64,000 nucleotides of DNA from Octopus sinensis. Taxonomy: Eukaryota. The notes under the pieces are model-generated. The model was not told the origin of the DNA, made no database searches, and was given only the letters and a program-made list of their open reading frames with translations. The translations under genes and the position numbers were made by a program. The DNA lies in the NCBI RefSeq assembly GCF_006345805.1, contig NC_043012.1, positions 46,190,001 through 46,254,000 of the forward strand, read 5' to 3'. Shown in pieces: positions 14,365 through 28,648 of the stretch. Position 1 is the stretch's first letter. Every line of letters begins with the position of its first letter.

Positions 14365-14815
14365 GACAGATCAAAGTGAAGTGCAAAGTGTGAAAGGCGG
14401 AGAAATGTAGGAGAGGGCGGGAGAGAGACAGTGTTATAGAGTCGTACCAAGTTTAAAGAAAATATGTACTTACATAGAAAACCAAAAAAGGTACGGGCGG
14501 CGCTATATATATATGTATATGTAAAAAAATACAAACTGGGACAAGAACGCAAAACATTTAGAAGACGATACAAAAAACACGTGTGTGTGTGTGGGCGTAT
14601 ATGTTTGTGTGTCTGTGTTTGTCCCCCCAACATCGCTTGACAACCGATGCTGGTATGTTTATGTACCCCGTAACTTAGCGATTCGGTAAAAGAGACCGAT
14701 AGAATAAATACTAGGCTTACAATAAGTCCTGGTATCGATTTGCTCGACTAAAGGCGGTGCTCCAGCATGACCACAGTCAAATGACTGAAACAAGTAAAAG
14801 AGTAAAAGAGTAAAA
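13575..14815 (+). mobile_element. Main-family SINE split by an insertion in its central microsatellite (head 13575-13700, tail 14595-14815)
   Basis: Head ggagtagctgtatggtaagtagcttgc..; tail ..ggcggtgctccagcatgaccacagtcaaatgactgaaacaagtaaaagagtaaaagag. Confidence 0.85.
13785..14580 (-). mobile_element. Interspersed element with a ~65-bp direct terminal repeat (pLTR-like), nested in the SINE
   Basis: gtatatgtaaaaaatacaaactgggacaagaac..aaaacatttagaagacgatacaaaaaacac occurs at both ~13785 and ~14515; PLE affinity is inference. Confidence 0.5.
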
Positions 14816-15852
14816 CGTAAGGAAATTTGTAATTACGGTTTTACTCCCGATGAGTGGCTGTTTGTTCTTACCATTTCTGTCATCCTTTCACCCTCCGGTC
14901 TCGTCCTCTCTCTCCCTCTCCCCATCTCTATCTCTCTCCCTGTCTATCACTTGATATTGGTTTTTATCTCGTAACTGACGAGATATAGGGATATATTTAC
15001 ATATATCCATACATAAATTCTTTTTATACATAGTTTCATTTACATTCATATATACATAACTGTATCACAAAACTGACATCGTATTGTGCCAAAGTGCCCA
15101 TAGAGGAAAAGTTTTACCTCAGTTTTATATTGCAATAAAAAGCAGATGTTATTTAGCCTCGTCTTTCAAAAAAAAAAAAAAACAGAATAATTTTTCTTAC
15201 CTGAAAAAATAATTTTTCAAGCAAAATTGAATTATATATGCCTGTCTGATATGGAATATTATATATAGATTAAAACAAAAAGATTTTGTTCTATTTACCA
15301 AAGAATGAATCTTTCGGTAAAAGAAAAATTGCCATGTAAGTTTGACGATTCCAAAGTCTCAGCTTTTCAGAATATATTATACATAAGTTTTATAGCTTAC
15401 GAGCACGCTTCAAATATTTGTTATTCCATTTTTATGAAAACGAAAACGCTTCCTATTGAAGAAACCGATGTATGTGGCAGATAAGATTATCATTTCTCTT
15501 ACGATCCTTGCAAATTACACTTCCTCAAATACGTACTTTTCGTCTATTATGTCATTAGTACTAGACATTGCTTGTTTCCCGAAATTTAAATTTATATTTG
15601 CATATTTACAAATTTCCCGCGTTAGACTTGCGTTCAATAATTTTCTCCATGAACACTTATTCAGTGAATGCTTTTCCTACGACCTCTTTTATTATATATC
15701 TGTATATGTACCCTTTCCTGTGGAAACATAAACGTGTATGTATCTGTGTGCATACATAAATATAGATATACCGGCATATACATAGATATATTAGTGCACA
15801 AATACAAACGCATACTTATGTATGTATACACACACACACGCCAAACCATCCA

Positions 15853-15961
<109 letters not shown>

Positions 15962-15989
15962 TATATATATATACATATATACATAAAAC

Positions 15990-16420
15990 TGAAAAAATTT
16001 GAGGTCAACAAGGAGTACGGCTGGACATTTATTTTGTATTACTACAATTGTTTCGCACAAAGTAGTTCTCCAGGCGTGCAGGCACTTGGTTATGCAACCG
16101 TTTCCCTGCTTTATGCGATCTAGTTGTGTTTCCTCAGTCGATATGTAAATATTATCTCCGTTAGTTCAAATTCTCGGCTTCAAGATCATCCACAGTGTCT
16201 CTCGTGACCTGAATTTAGTGGTATTCACTGAGTTTATCAAAGTGTGTTGTTATTGAAGGACCGGTGGGAAACAGCTCTGAATGTGTAGATGTAGTGAGAT
16301 AGTGATTTCGTTATTGTTCAATTGGCTGCCATTTTAAAAGGATTGGCATTTGATTTCTTTGTACTGTTAATTTGTTCTTCATGGTTGGTTTCATAAGCGA
16401 TTGTCCTTATCTGATCTAAG
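15990..16420 (-). mobile_element. Inverted copy of the PLE terminal repeat at 20770-21205
   Basis: Aligns end to end with the reverse complement of 20770-21205; both carry GAAACAATTGTA followed by AATAAA. Confidence 0.75.
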
Positions 16421-16439
16421 TCATATGTAGATATAATAT

Positions 16440-17290
16440 CAACAGTACGGGGAACAGTTATCAATTAAGACATCAAACTATGGACGATATGGGGTACAAA
16501 TAATTCCTTCGATATACAAATGGGTTCGAGTGACTCAGCTCAGGTCATGTATACCATAGGAATTTACATCATATTCCACATCAAATCTACATTCCAATAA
16601 ATAGCGGTGGGAGGAGGTCTGTACAGCGGCGATGCTTTTTTGTAATAGATAATTGTACTAAAGCAGATACAGAGAAATACAGGAAAATAATACACAAATT
16701 ATTTTAAAATTTCGGCCTATCTATAAACATAGACAGTAATTACAGTAAAACAAATTTCCTAGATACTACGTTTAAATTAGAAACAGGGATGTACGAACCA
16801 TACAACAAACAGAACGAGGGACCTAGATACATAAATGTGAAGTACAATCATCCGCCATCCATAACCAAAGTTATAGTTAGGAACTTAGCCACCGGAATAT
16901 AATGCCTGCCAGCCGCTGAGACAATATTCAACATACATTCACCCTACTATAAGGAACACTGACATGGGAGCCTCAGAAAACCAATTTACGTTCAGTTACC
17001 CTCATTTCGAAAAATAAGCCGACGACACGCAACATCTCTAGTTGCGGACCTAGTATGCAGATTAAAAGAAGAAATAATGAAATATGGAATGGAATGGTCA
17101 ATAATAAAAAATACACACATACAATGAATTATTTGGCGTATGTGACTTGAGGAAGCCTTGTGTATTATGTTAAATAACGAAAACTTGGTAAATAAGCAGG
17201 CTGAGAAAATATACCAAGATGTTGCAACTGCGCCAAATTTATATTTTCTATACACAACCCAGTCGGTAGATGATAATAATTTAGTGAACT
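16440..17290 (+). pseudogene. Decayed Penelope-like (Neptune-type) RT thumb plus GIY-YIG C-terminus
   Basis: MGSSDSAQV..NFGLSINID..NFLDTTFKLETGMYEPYNKQNEGPRYINVKYNHPPSI, then MEWSII..CDL.EEALCIM..LVNKQAE, with stops and deletions. Confidence 0.75.
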
Positions 17291-17778
17291 CTCTCTCTCT
17301 CTTTCTCTCTTCAATTCCCTCTATCCTTGTGTGCGTGTTTCTGGTTGTATTTCTATATATACGTGTGCGTGACTGAAGCTTATTTAGTATACCTAAATGA
17401 ATGCTCCCGCACGTACGCGCGCACACACACATAGAGAATATAAATGATAACAGGAGTTAAATTGGCAGAGTTTTACGAGTCCAGCAGTTGTTTCTGAGGA
17501 ATTGGTGGTCCAGAATAATGATAGTTATATGGGTCCATTATCGGATAACACTGCCTCTCTCTACAAGGGAGAATTTTACATTTAAGGTGTCGAACGTATG
17601 GAGTTCGAAGATGGAATGTTTTTGTGGAGAACTTTGTTAGGAAGGGAAGTTGATTAGACAGAGAAGTAATAGATTTCGGGGTTAGGGTTTTTAATGAGGC
17701 TAATGATAGTAGTAGCGGAGGAAGGTGGGAGCAAGGGGAGAAAGGTGATTTAGGTAGTATGTGAAACCATGACCATTG

Positions 17779-17815
<37 letters not shown>

Positions 17816-17859
17816 CACTATGTAATACACAGTTTCATTCTAGATGACATCGATTCCCT

Positions 17860-19108
17860 GTTACATCTGCCCCAAACAACAGAATCCAATCCGCTGTTCA
17901 TTTTGAGGTAACCGATTTATATACGAACATTCCACAAGATTTGGGAATTACTGCCATAAAATATTTGGTGGAGAAACATAGAGAAGTGATCACCGGTAGA
18001 TTTAATGTAACCTTCATACTAGACGTGGTCAGCCTCATCCGCGAAAACACTACATTCCTTTGCAACAGAAAAAAAACTACCTCCAGTTTCGAGGCCCAGC
18101 TATGGGGACGCGATTTGCTCCAGCTTTTGTGAACTCAGTATTGGAATATTTGGAACAAGAAGGCAACGACATAACCTAAAGGAATTATTAACAAAGGCAA
18201 AATTCAACATCAACAAACAGGTTAAGACATTCACAGTACCCAAGTGTAATGATAACAGATGAGGAACGGCTCAATACATGCCTACGGGTAGATCCATTAG
18301 AACAAAAAGAAATGGGCAGATTTTCATAATTGCAGAATAAACTGAATATAACAACGGCATGACCTTTAGAAGACATATAGATGACACATGGGAAAGATGC
18401 TTCGATGCGCATTTCCTAATTTAGACAAAATCCCTAGAAAACCCGGAAGAATTGAGCACCCCCTTTAACAATCTAGGCCATAGTCTCAAATTCAGAAGAA
18501 CAACGAGCGAAACACATTTACCATTTCCTGACATAATGGTAATTAAAAATACCACCACAATCACAACTGATATTTATTACAAAAGCACAGATATACACCA
18601 GTACCTAAATTTCAAATAATGCCGCCCAACACACACAAAACGCAACGCCCCATTCTGTCTAGCCAGGAAAATTTGTAGATGACCCAAAGGTCAGGAATAT
18701 ACAAGTTATAGAACTCAAAGGATTTCTGCTCAAGCAAAAATACCCTCTCCAACTCATAGAAAATAGAAAACAACGAGCAAAAGAGATACCAAACAGAACA
18801 GATTAGGGCAACACCAGAATGACGATCTCATCAATGTAACACAATACTATTTCTAGTAACTTACAATCCACATTACCAAAATATTTTTAGCATCATCAAA
18901 ACAAATTTATAAATCATGGAACAAAGTGAAAAATATAATGATATAGGTGCAGGCGTGGCTGTGTAGTAAGAAGCTTGCTTCCCAACTGCATGACTCCGGC
19001 TTCAGGTCCACTGCATGGCACTTTGGGTAAGTGCCGTCTACTAAAACCTCGGGCTGACCAAAGCCTTGTGAATGGATTTGATAGACGGTAACTGAAGTAA
19101 GCCTGTCG

Positions 19109-19139
<31 letters not shown>

Positions 19140-19329
19140 TATATATATATATATATATACTAAGCAATAAGGGTTAGCAACGAGTTGCCTTACCACATAC
19201 CGAATTTAGAAATAGCAGTCAAAGGGTTATAGCTATTTCTTCTACTAAAAATATATATATATAGATATATATATATATATATTATATATATATATATATA
19301 TGTACATATATATATATATGATATATATA

Positions 19330-19395
<66 letters not shown>

Positions 19396-20030
19396 TATAT
19401 ATACTTATGTGTCTGTGTGCTTGTGTCTGTGTTTGTACTTCCACCATTGCTTGACGACTGAGGTTGGTGTGTTTATGTCGTTGAAACATAGCGGTTCGGC
19501 AAAAGAACCGATAGAATAAGTAGTAAGCTTACAAAGAATAAGTCATGTGGTTAATTTGTTCGACTAACGGCAGTACTACAGCATGGCCGCAGTAAAATGA
19601 CTGCAACGTGTATAAGAATAAAAATTAAATGAATAACTAATCAAACACTTCTCTTAAGCAAAAAGCAACCACATAACCTAAAGAGACAGCTAATGAAGGC
19701 AAAATTCAACATGAACAAAGAGGATAAAATATTCACAGTATCCAAGTGTAATGATAACAGATGTGGAACGGCTCAATACATGCATACTGTTAGATCCATT
19801 AGAGCAAAAAATTGACATATTTTCACAATTGCAGATATGAACTGCGACAGCAAAAATTTGATCTACTGCATTAAATGCCTTAAGTGGCGAGACAGGGAAT
19901 ACATTATCGGAAGGCCCTCGAGTTCACAGACAACGAATCTGAAACACTAATGTTCACCTTATTCCATTGAGCGAGGTATATAGAAACATGTAGTCAGAAA
20001 ATGTTTCTAATTTTTCCTTTATACACACTA
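17860..20030 (+). pseudogene. Decayed Penelope-like (Poseidon-type) RT + GIY-YIG ORF, interrupted by a SINE
   Basis: FEVTDLYTNIPQDLG..YLQFRGPAMGTRFAPAF..FRRHIDD..HLPFPDIMV..TDIYYKSTDIHQYL..KCNDNRCG..MNCDSKNLIYCIKC..EYI. Confidence 0.85.
18946..19620 (+). mobile_element. Full-length main-family SINE with expanded (TA)n centre
   Basis: tRNA-like head ggtgcaggcgtggctgtgtagtaag.., tail ..agcatggccgcagtaaaatgactg..; degraded TSD-like aaaatataatgata / aaaattaaatgaata. Confidence 0.85.
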
Positions 20031-20769
20031 CGACACAAATAAGGTTGAAAGAAAGATAAAAGAAAAGTGTTTCCTTAAAATCTTCAAACTTGTTCTGAAC
20101 GGAAATAACAACAATAATATAACAACCGGTTAATGATGTGGATTAATAAATATCTTTAACATATGAATATAAGCAAATTACAGAAAACTCCAACCGATTG
20201 AAATAAAAACGATCGAAACCAACGAAGATTGCTCATTCATAAAATCAGCAAATGCAAACCGTAAGCTAATTGGTTAAAATAAAGGCAGGATCTATGCCAA
20301 TAATATCGATGCACCCGGAAAACTGTGATGTATGCTGATTGGTCAAAAGCATATTCGAAAAATTCAACTTGTCGGAACCACCTAAAAGGTATAAAAATTA
20401 AGAAGTCAATCATTTTCCTACAGTTGTCAACTACTCAACTGTCAGTAAATACATTTTGAAATATAATGATTATTACGAACGGATGAAGGTGCTTTTAAAC
20501 TTGCTGAACATTACAAAATGTTTTTTTCAATGCTTGACACACTTCAACATTAAAAAAAAATTTTTAAAGTACAATAAACCATGTTGTAACTTTACTGAAT
20601 ATATATAATTCTATACACATTTACACAAATTCGGAATATATATATATGCGTGTATGTGTGTGTGTGTGTGTGTTGTGTGTGTGTGTGTGCGCGTGCGTAT
20701 GTATATATGAAAATGAATGTGCATGTGTGTATGAGTGTATGTGCCCGAAAGATAGCACGTATATCGATA

Positions 20770-21205
20770 TATTAAGCCAATTAAGAAAGGTCAGCTAAGG
20801 ACAAATGCATGTGAAACTAATCATGAAGAACAAATCAAAAGTGTAAAGAAATCAAATGCCAATCCCTTTAAAATGGCAACCACTTTAACAGTAGCAGAAT
20901 CAACATGCCACCACATCTACACATTCAAAGTAGTTTGTCAGCAACAACACGCATTGATAAACTCAGTGACTACCACTAAATTCAGGCCACGGCAGACACA
21001 GAGGATGATATTGAAGCTGAGAATTTGAACTTACGAGACAATATATGCATATCGTCCGAAGAAACCCAACTAGATCTCCTAATGCAGGGAAGCTGTTGCA
21101 TAGTCAAGTACCTGCACGGTTGGAGAACTACGTTGCGTGGAAACAATTGTAGTGATACAAAATAAATGTCCAAACATACTCCTTCTTGTTGACTTCAATT
21201 TATTT
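20770..21205 (+). mobile_element. PLE 3' terminal repeat (pLTR)
   Basis: Lies downstream of the PLE ORF; partner of the inverted copy at 15990-16420. Confidence 0.65.
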
Positions 21206-21380
21206 CCAATTATCTATTAAGACACGACAGATACCCAAACGGAAACTTGGAAGTACGTATAATGCAACTACTGGTTAGCACAGTGTAAAATTTGAAGGTG
21301 GACGAGGTTTATACTGTACTCTACTACTTTCTTAAAATATATCATAACTATGTCTATATCTATCTATCTATCTATCTATG

Positions 21381-21443
<63 letters not shown>

Positions 21444-21689
21444 ATATATATATATCTATCTATCTATCTATCTATCTATGTACCTATCTAATGTAAGACC
21501 TACCGATAGGGTGAGAGCAACATAGGTCCAATCAATGAACACCATAGATCTATAATAATTCTGCATTGTAAAATGGACTGCCTCCACCCTCCACCCTCCC
21601 GTATTTTTGACGCTAGAGGCATAAGGTTAGATTTTGAGAATTCACTCGTGTTGTTCTTGTCCTTTTCAACGATGGGGAATGCAGATGAC

Positions 21690-21772
21690 GAAGAAGAAGA
21701 AGAAGAAGAAGAAGAAGAAGAAGAAGAAGAAGAAGAAGAAGAAGAAGAAGAAGAAGAAGAAGAAGAAGAAGA
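21690..21772. repeat. (GAA)n microsatellite
   Basis: Direct reading. Confidence 0.95.
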
Positions 21773-22724
21773 ATTGGCAATGCCCACAATGCATAACTAT
21801 TAAATGGAACGCTATCCTATGTTATTTCTCCTTTTCCATTATTGTTACTGATTCATCATCCATTTAATGAGTATCTAAAGAGAATTTTACACCTGCTAAG
21901 TGAAGTCCAAGTTAGTATACATATGACGCTGGATTCGAAGACTCTAAGACTCTATAACAAATTGTGGGCTTTACGTATCTCAGATACCGGCATTAATTAG
22001 AATGTTACAGAGATAAATTCAGTTGTTCGCTTCTACTTCTTATTGCCTTAATATGTTTGTTGACAGGCGGACATTATACAGTCGTAGTCAGTTCTGCGTA
22101 TGTAACTTGCTAGATTGCCTAACTGAAGTATAATAGATTCGTTGCTGTTCTCTAGCAATGATCTTCAACTTTCTTAAAACTATCTATAATATGGTTTTTA
22201 AGGAAAATTTATTTACCGGTATCATTACGTGTTAAATTTATATACATTTTTTAAAACAAATCCGTTATTCCATAATTTTACTTTATCAGAAAATCAAATT
22301 AACTTTAATTGTACAAAAGTTTCATTGAGTAAAATTTGATCATGTATATTAGCAAATATCTCAATGGATTATTTTCAACGTATATAAGCATGGAGTTTGT
22401 TGATAACGTACTCATTAGTATTCCTTATTTTACATTTATTTCAAGATTTTAGGTTTCCAATCCCTAATTGGAGTTAGCTATAGAGCTAAGCTGCCATATT
22501 TAGATTTTTGCAGTTCGTTGAAAAATAATATGAAAGTTACATCAAATATATTTGAAAAATATTCTGAACGAATTCTGCCGATCTTGCTGTAAAACTCGAA
22601 ATTATATTAGTTTTATTTAGCAAGCGAATGTTGTTTGTAAAATATTTGATTTATATATATTTTTATATATTTTCAGGATCTGCTCACAGGTTCTTCTCGT
22701 ATTTACGGAAGCCATTAACATTAT

Positions 22725-22880
22725 TTTGGTTTCAAATTTTGCATAAGGCAAGCAGGTTCGTAAGGAGGGATGTATGCCGATTACATCGACCCCAATGCCC
22801 AAATGGTACTTAATTTATTAACTCGGAAAGGATACGATACAAAGTCCACCTTGGTGACATATGAACTCCGAAAGCAAAGA
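22725..22880 (-). mobile_element. SINE of a second family (Meta-domain-like core)
   Basis: Reverse complement resembles 62690-62870, including a gtcgactttgcctttcatcctttc..gataa..aagtacc-like core. Confidence 0.6.
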
Positions 22881-23784
22881 GGTTGAAAAAAAGACGCTCA
22901 GTACGTTTTTCGACGCGTCAACCATTTTATCAGGTCATCGTTATGCTACATGTATATACAACTACTGCATTATTACCATCTAAGTATTTCGTTTCTATAG
23001 ATCAGGTGCAATAAACATTTGTAAAAGCGTGTTTTGGCCGACAAAAATTTCAGAAGATTCACTTCTTTTAAGAAACCGCAACCAATAATTTTACGGTATA
23101 CACACAGTAAGATAAATAGTTGAAAATTTTGAAGCGTGAAATGGAATCATTCCATAATTACCATGTACAAACAAATTAACAATCTAATGTCTTATAGTCA
23201 GAGAAATAGATGCAGACGTTGTAGAATAGCGCCACTCATATGTAACTGCAACTATCCCTGTGTGCAACACCCGTGTCCGTTTCCCCAGCTTTATGATTGT
23301 ACAGATAAAGAGATTTATTCATGTTATAGTCACCGAATTTAAACTCTTTTGGAAGAGTTAAGTAAATGGCCAACTCAAGGCAACACTTAGATGTCGAAAT
23401 GATGTTCTAACATTGATTTAGCAACGATGCCTAAAACAAACTAAAACAATATAGACTTTAGCTGTAATAGGTCCTACTTTAATTTAATATATACCGTTGA
23501 ATTAAAAGGTGTCTATTTATTAATGGTCCAGCAAATGGAAAATAATAACGTTCCGTGTTCATAACTCTATAGATCAAGTCACTATACCGATATTTCCAGA
23601 TGGCTACTTGTCAGCATCATTTCCCCTCTTTCTCTCTCAACTGTTTTCCTTGTACACACAAAGCGCGCGCACATACACAGAGGCAGGCATATAAGTACAA
23701 ATAGAAATACAGTTATAACATATATATCAACACAGAGACACACACAAGTTTACACACATGCACACACACACGCACACATCAATA

Positions 23785-23825
<41 letters not shown>

Positions 23826-24669
23826 AAGGCAGAAGAGTTCAGACATTAATGGCGCATTTGAATAAAATATGAACGTATTTGAACATAGATCAGTTGGTTG
23901 CTACTCAGACAGATGGTTAAATTTTAATGTTGAAACACCATTTACTTCTCAAACTATCCAAGTGTTCATCATCTTATTTTCCGATTTTCAAACTTTGAAT
24001 GGATGATGCGAATTTTAGGCGGTTAATAATGCAACAAAATTTATTTGTCGGTACGAAAGAAAACTGAAAATGCTTTTGTATATAACACTATGGCATATGA
24101 ATAATGATGCTCAAAACTTATCTATTAAGGTACACAATTAGATATATGAACATACCTAAATAAATAAAATACATACATGTATTTACACACATATACAATT
24201 GTATGTACATATACATACTTTACATATGTATAGAAACACACGCATATATATGTATGTACAAATATGTACGAAAGCCTCTATGTATGCGTGTCTGTCTGTC
24301 TGTCTGTCTGTATGTATGTATGTATGTATGTATGTATGTTCTTTTCTGTTTTCAGTATTTTAATTCTTCCCAATAAAGATGCAAAGATCCATCGTTGGAA
24401 TGTAGTTAGCGAAAACAATGTCATATTTTAAACCCGAGAAAAGTCTTCCATACTTTTACAGTTCCGCTTAAAGCATGTATTTGTAATGTGCGAGTCAGTT
24501 GGTTGATTACGAAACCTAAGCTTATCCCGAGTTACAGTTAGACGTTTACTTACAAAACCAACTGCATCAATTATTATTGTTATGAAAGTGAATTTGTAAT
24601 CCAGATATCGAAGCTGAATGTTCCGAAGAAGTGACATTCCGTCCGTCTGCCTGTCTGTATTCAGGTTAT

Positions 24670-26315
24670 TTCATTATTCGTTATTCAATTTATTTCAAGA
24701 TTTCTTGCCAATAGAGAAAGAACCGGTTTCCAACCTAGATCCAAGGTTCCATCATTGGAATTATTTTTTTATGTATGTATGTATGTTTGTTTGTTTGAAT
24801 GTATGTATGTATATATGCCTGTATCTATATATGTGCAGATTTGTATGTTTCATATATGTATTCTCATGCATATATAGATATGCTGATACATTTTATAAAT
24901 GATAAACTTCTGGATAGTTTTACAGATTTTTACATTTCCAGTGATGGATTGAATCTGTAGTCTTCGAATTAGCTCTTTCCTTTCTGGACTTGAGAAGCCT
25001 AATTTCTCAAGATTGGTATTTAGGCAGTGTGTTACCCCAATAATTATAGGTATAAACCTGAACTTGTAATATGGATAGAGTAACTGCAGATTTCCGAATA
25101 GTTCAGTATAAGTGTTCTCTTTTTTAATGATATTCAGCTTTATGCTAACATCCGCTGGGCAGCTAATTTCCACAACTCTGCACAATTTCTCTTCTCTATT
25201 CCAATTTTTTATATCAAGTCTGGTACATTCCACCAGTATTCCGTTTTATTATATGTAGCTATGGCTTCTTCCACAAGTGCGTTCTTATTTCTTTGTCCTC
25301 CGGTTATCCTTCCGACAAATTTCATTATAGAGTGTCCTAGCTACAACGTCATGTCTCATCGGTAGATAATACCGTGATCACATTTTCGGACAACTGCTTA
25401 TCATGTGGGTGATATCTTCAGTGTGAAATCCAAAAAGTTTGCATCGGCTGTCACATTTTACGGATTTCCCGCATCTCTATCCCTTTTGTGTATCAGTTAC
25501 TTGGCTGATATTTTCTGTTCCTGGATTGCAAACGCGTACCATTCAAAGTGGGAGGTATTAATCCGGCTATTCATCCATGATAACTTGCTTTGATGATCGA
25601 TGTGACTATTATCACAGAGCTTTCTACAAATATATACCATGCTCATATAGGCTCACCAGTTCATCTGATGATATGTTGCGGTAGATTCGTACGACTTGTT
25701 TGGGCATGCATTCTAGGTTGTCTCTCAATGATCTGCCTTCCAAGTCTTATGATGTTATCAGCTTCATGCATGCAAACGGGGTAAAGGGATGCATTTCGAC
25801 TCTTGTTGGTTAAAAGATGTCGCCGAAGGGATATGATGCGACATTCAAAGGCATTTTGGATCGATGTTAAGCCACTGGTGCCTTGTTAATATTTTAGGTA
25901 GAGGCGATCTACATCACTCTTTTTGTGGAAATTATGTGTGCTTGTTAGTATTTTTTGAGGTTTTCACATCAATGGCTCTGTTCTCAACAAGCGTCCAATC
26001 AAACAGTCTAAATGTTGGTATGAGTACTGACACTGCAAACACTTTGTGAGCCACTGTTTTATAGCATGCAGAGAGTTCTGAGGTCCGAAGTTTCTTTATT
26101 CGGCTGTAATATTCTTTAGTGACACGTGTTTTGTTACAGGTGCTACTGAAATATATATATTTTCATCCACCCCTAGACACCTGTAACATTCCTCGTCAGA
26201 TGCATAGGAAACAGTCAAATTATTGACGGAGAAGTCACTAGTCTGGTTTATAGTTTTCCCCCTTTTCACAGCCATATAACAACATTTCTCCCAACCAAAC
26301 TCCAGCCTATATCTT
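24670..26315 (-). pseudogene. 5'-truncated RLE-type non-LTR retrotransposon (R4/Dong-like): CCHC knuckle and restriction-like endonuclease
   Basis: DSRCKLFGFHTEDITHMISSCPK (CCHC-like), then WNREEKLCRVVEISCPAD..KENTY..LQLLYPYYKFRFIPIIIG..LQIQSITG; stops and frameshifts. Confidence 0.8.
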
Positions 26316-26454
26316 GTGTATGTATGTATGTATGTATAATTTCAGTGTGATATATGGAAGACATAGCAATCTCGGACACCTGGTCCGCTAATAATTGAAC
26401 ACTTTCTAAAATAGTTATGTTATTGTACTTGCATCAAAAGGGATAATTACTTAC

Positions 26455-26603
26455 CGTTTATCCAGTAAAGTGTTTGCTTTTAATATCTGAAGGTGATCAC
26501 AGCTTTTTTTGGAATAAAAGCCGGTGAGGTAATGCAATCTATGTCTGATTGTCACAACGATGTGATAATATATTATAGAAACTTTACGATATGCACCTGC
26601 CAA
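26455..26603 (-). CDS. Weak candidate exon (LAGAYRKVSIIYYHIVVTIRHRLHYLTGFYSKKSCDHLQILKANTLLDK)
   Basis: Acceptor aactttcag, donor ACG|GTAAGT, open frame ending at the donor; no homology recognised. Confidence 0.2.
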
Positions 26604-26902
26604 CTGAAAGTTATTACGTCAGAGATCCTTTATTGCATGTAACCATAGACAGTTCCTAGCCGTTTACAATAGTGATAACGTATACAACCTCATCCCTCTT
26701 CCATATTGCATAAATTATTTTGTCTGATTAAGGTGATGGATGGAATATCTATAACCATTGTTATTTCTTCTCAGTTTTGGTACTCCCATTCCCATGTACA
26801 TGCATACATTTGTATGAATATGTTTGCATAAATGTATATAAATATATGTATTTCTATACGCCATTACAGGAATATGTATACGTATACATATATATGAATG
26901 CG

Positions 26903-26936
<34 letters not shown>

Positions 26937-28230
26937 ACGTCAGCTATATATGGTTATGTATACATATACATGACTACAAAAATGTATTCGAAGGTCTGTC
27001 TGAGTTGTCTATTTTGTGCGTTTGTATGTACATCTGTTATGATAGTTGCTGGTTGCGTGCTTATAGTATTAGTAGAATTTATCTTATGTGATTGGATATG
27101 TGATTGTACCTACTTTTGTGTCAGATATGTATAGAAATTGTGTATTACGTTATATTTAGATATTTTCTATATGCTTGGCAATATAAACACATCATTATAT
27201 ATCCTCATATCTGCCAAGAGAAAAGTTCACAAACGATTTTGAATAGTATGTATTTATATATTCAAGTTTATACGAAGGCCTGTGGAGCATTTTGGTTTGT
27301 ATTGAATATCGCTGAACAGTTGTTTCAGGAAATGGTAAGGACCTGAGGTGACGGATTGTCTAATTAAAACAGATTCCTGTTGCTAGACGTATCAAATAAA
27401 CGTGATATGATTTCTAATCATGCATCTGAATATCAAACTGAAGAATTTCAACCAAGCACACACGGTCAGCAGGAATATATATCATTCGCGTAAACAAGAA
27501 TACTGTCTCGTCATTTAAATTTGTAACACGCATCAATGGATGAACAAGATTCCCACTAAATCGCAGTAATATCTAACAGAAACAAGGTAATGAAATGGAA
27601 ACGATCTATAAGTATGACGTCTGCACAATCGTTTTAAGTTTAGAGCTATTCAAGGAAATAGTGACTCCGAAGATTCTGGTACATAATGGTACATAATCGC
27701 TTGGCGTTCTTTGGCAATTTTGGGTCTTTAATAGGAGTCGATCTCAGTATGGCAAATTATCGAGTCATTTATAATATAGTCATCAAATTTCTTTCAATAA
27801 TGAACTCAATACACAATATCATCACAATTCAAACAAACATATATATTGACCAACTCCATAAAAGTCAACAACGTTCATGAAGCATCTCTCAATTTTTCTT
27901 TACTTTAAAAGCATAAATACAAAATACAAAACAAAACGCACGCGCATACATATATAAATATTTATATATATGTGTGTGCGTATATCTATATGTATGTATG
28001 CACGTCTATATGCACATAGATATATGTTTAAGTATATGATCATATGTACTTATGTATGTATGTATATATATATATATATATACGTATATATGCATGTATG
28101 AGCATGTGTGTAGATATATGTATGTGTTGTTTATGCATATGTGTGTAAAAAAAAGATTAAAAAATAAAAAAAATATTAAAAAAGCAAATTTTAATTTTAA
28201 CCGTTATCCGCGAAAACAGTGACATATATA

Positions 28231-28317
<87 letters not shown>

Positions 28318-28544
28318 TAATCAATATAGGGTGGTGAAAAAAATTTTGTAGAATTCTTTTTGCCACCAGCGGCCTAGTGGGAAAAAATTAAATAGTCATA
28401 GACCATTTTTAAGTTCAACATCAACAATCAAGGAACGGCCATAATAGGCCATTCACCCACTAGAAATAACAGCCAAAGCTTCAACCGCAAATAAAGATCA
28501 ATTCCGTAAACAGGAGAAAATTTAAAAAAACATTTACCCTGTAA

Positions 28545-28648
28545 TTCTTGTACGATGCACCGTTTCGTCTGCTGTTTAATGGTAAACTAACCTGATTAAT
28601 TAAATCAAGCCAATCTTCCATAGGCCCTCAGATTCTTCAGCAAGAAAT
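28545..28648 (-). ncRNA. Type I hammerhead ribozyme, copy 1
   Basis: uucuug-CUGAAGA-aucug[57 nt]cagac-GAAA-cg-gugcau-cg-UA-caagaa: complete core, 6-bp stem I, 4-bp stem II closed by an A.C mismatch, 3-bp stem III, GUA cleavage triplet. Confidence 0.65.

Noticed and set aside
21500-21867. Poly-E/K/S ORFs
   Set aside because: (GAA)n microsatellite read in three frames
23136-23342. Cys-rich 68-aa ORF
   Set aside because: GTG start, no signal peptide, no recognisable cysteine framework or donor site
24670-26340. Idea that the RLE LINE targets (TATG)n
   Set aside because: The left TATG tract appears to lie inside the 3' UTR, so only one flank is microsatellite
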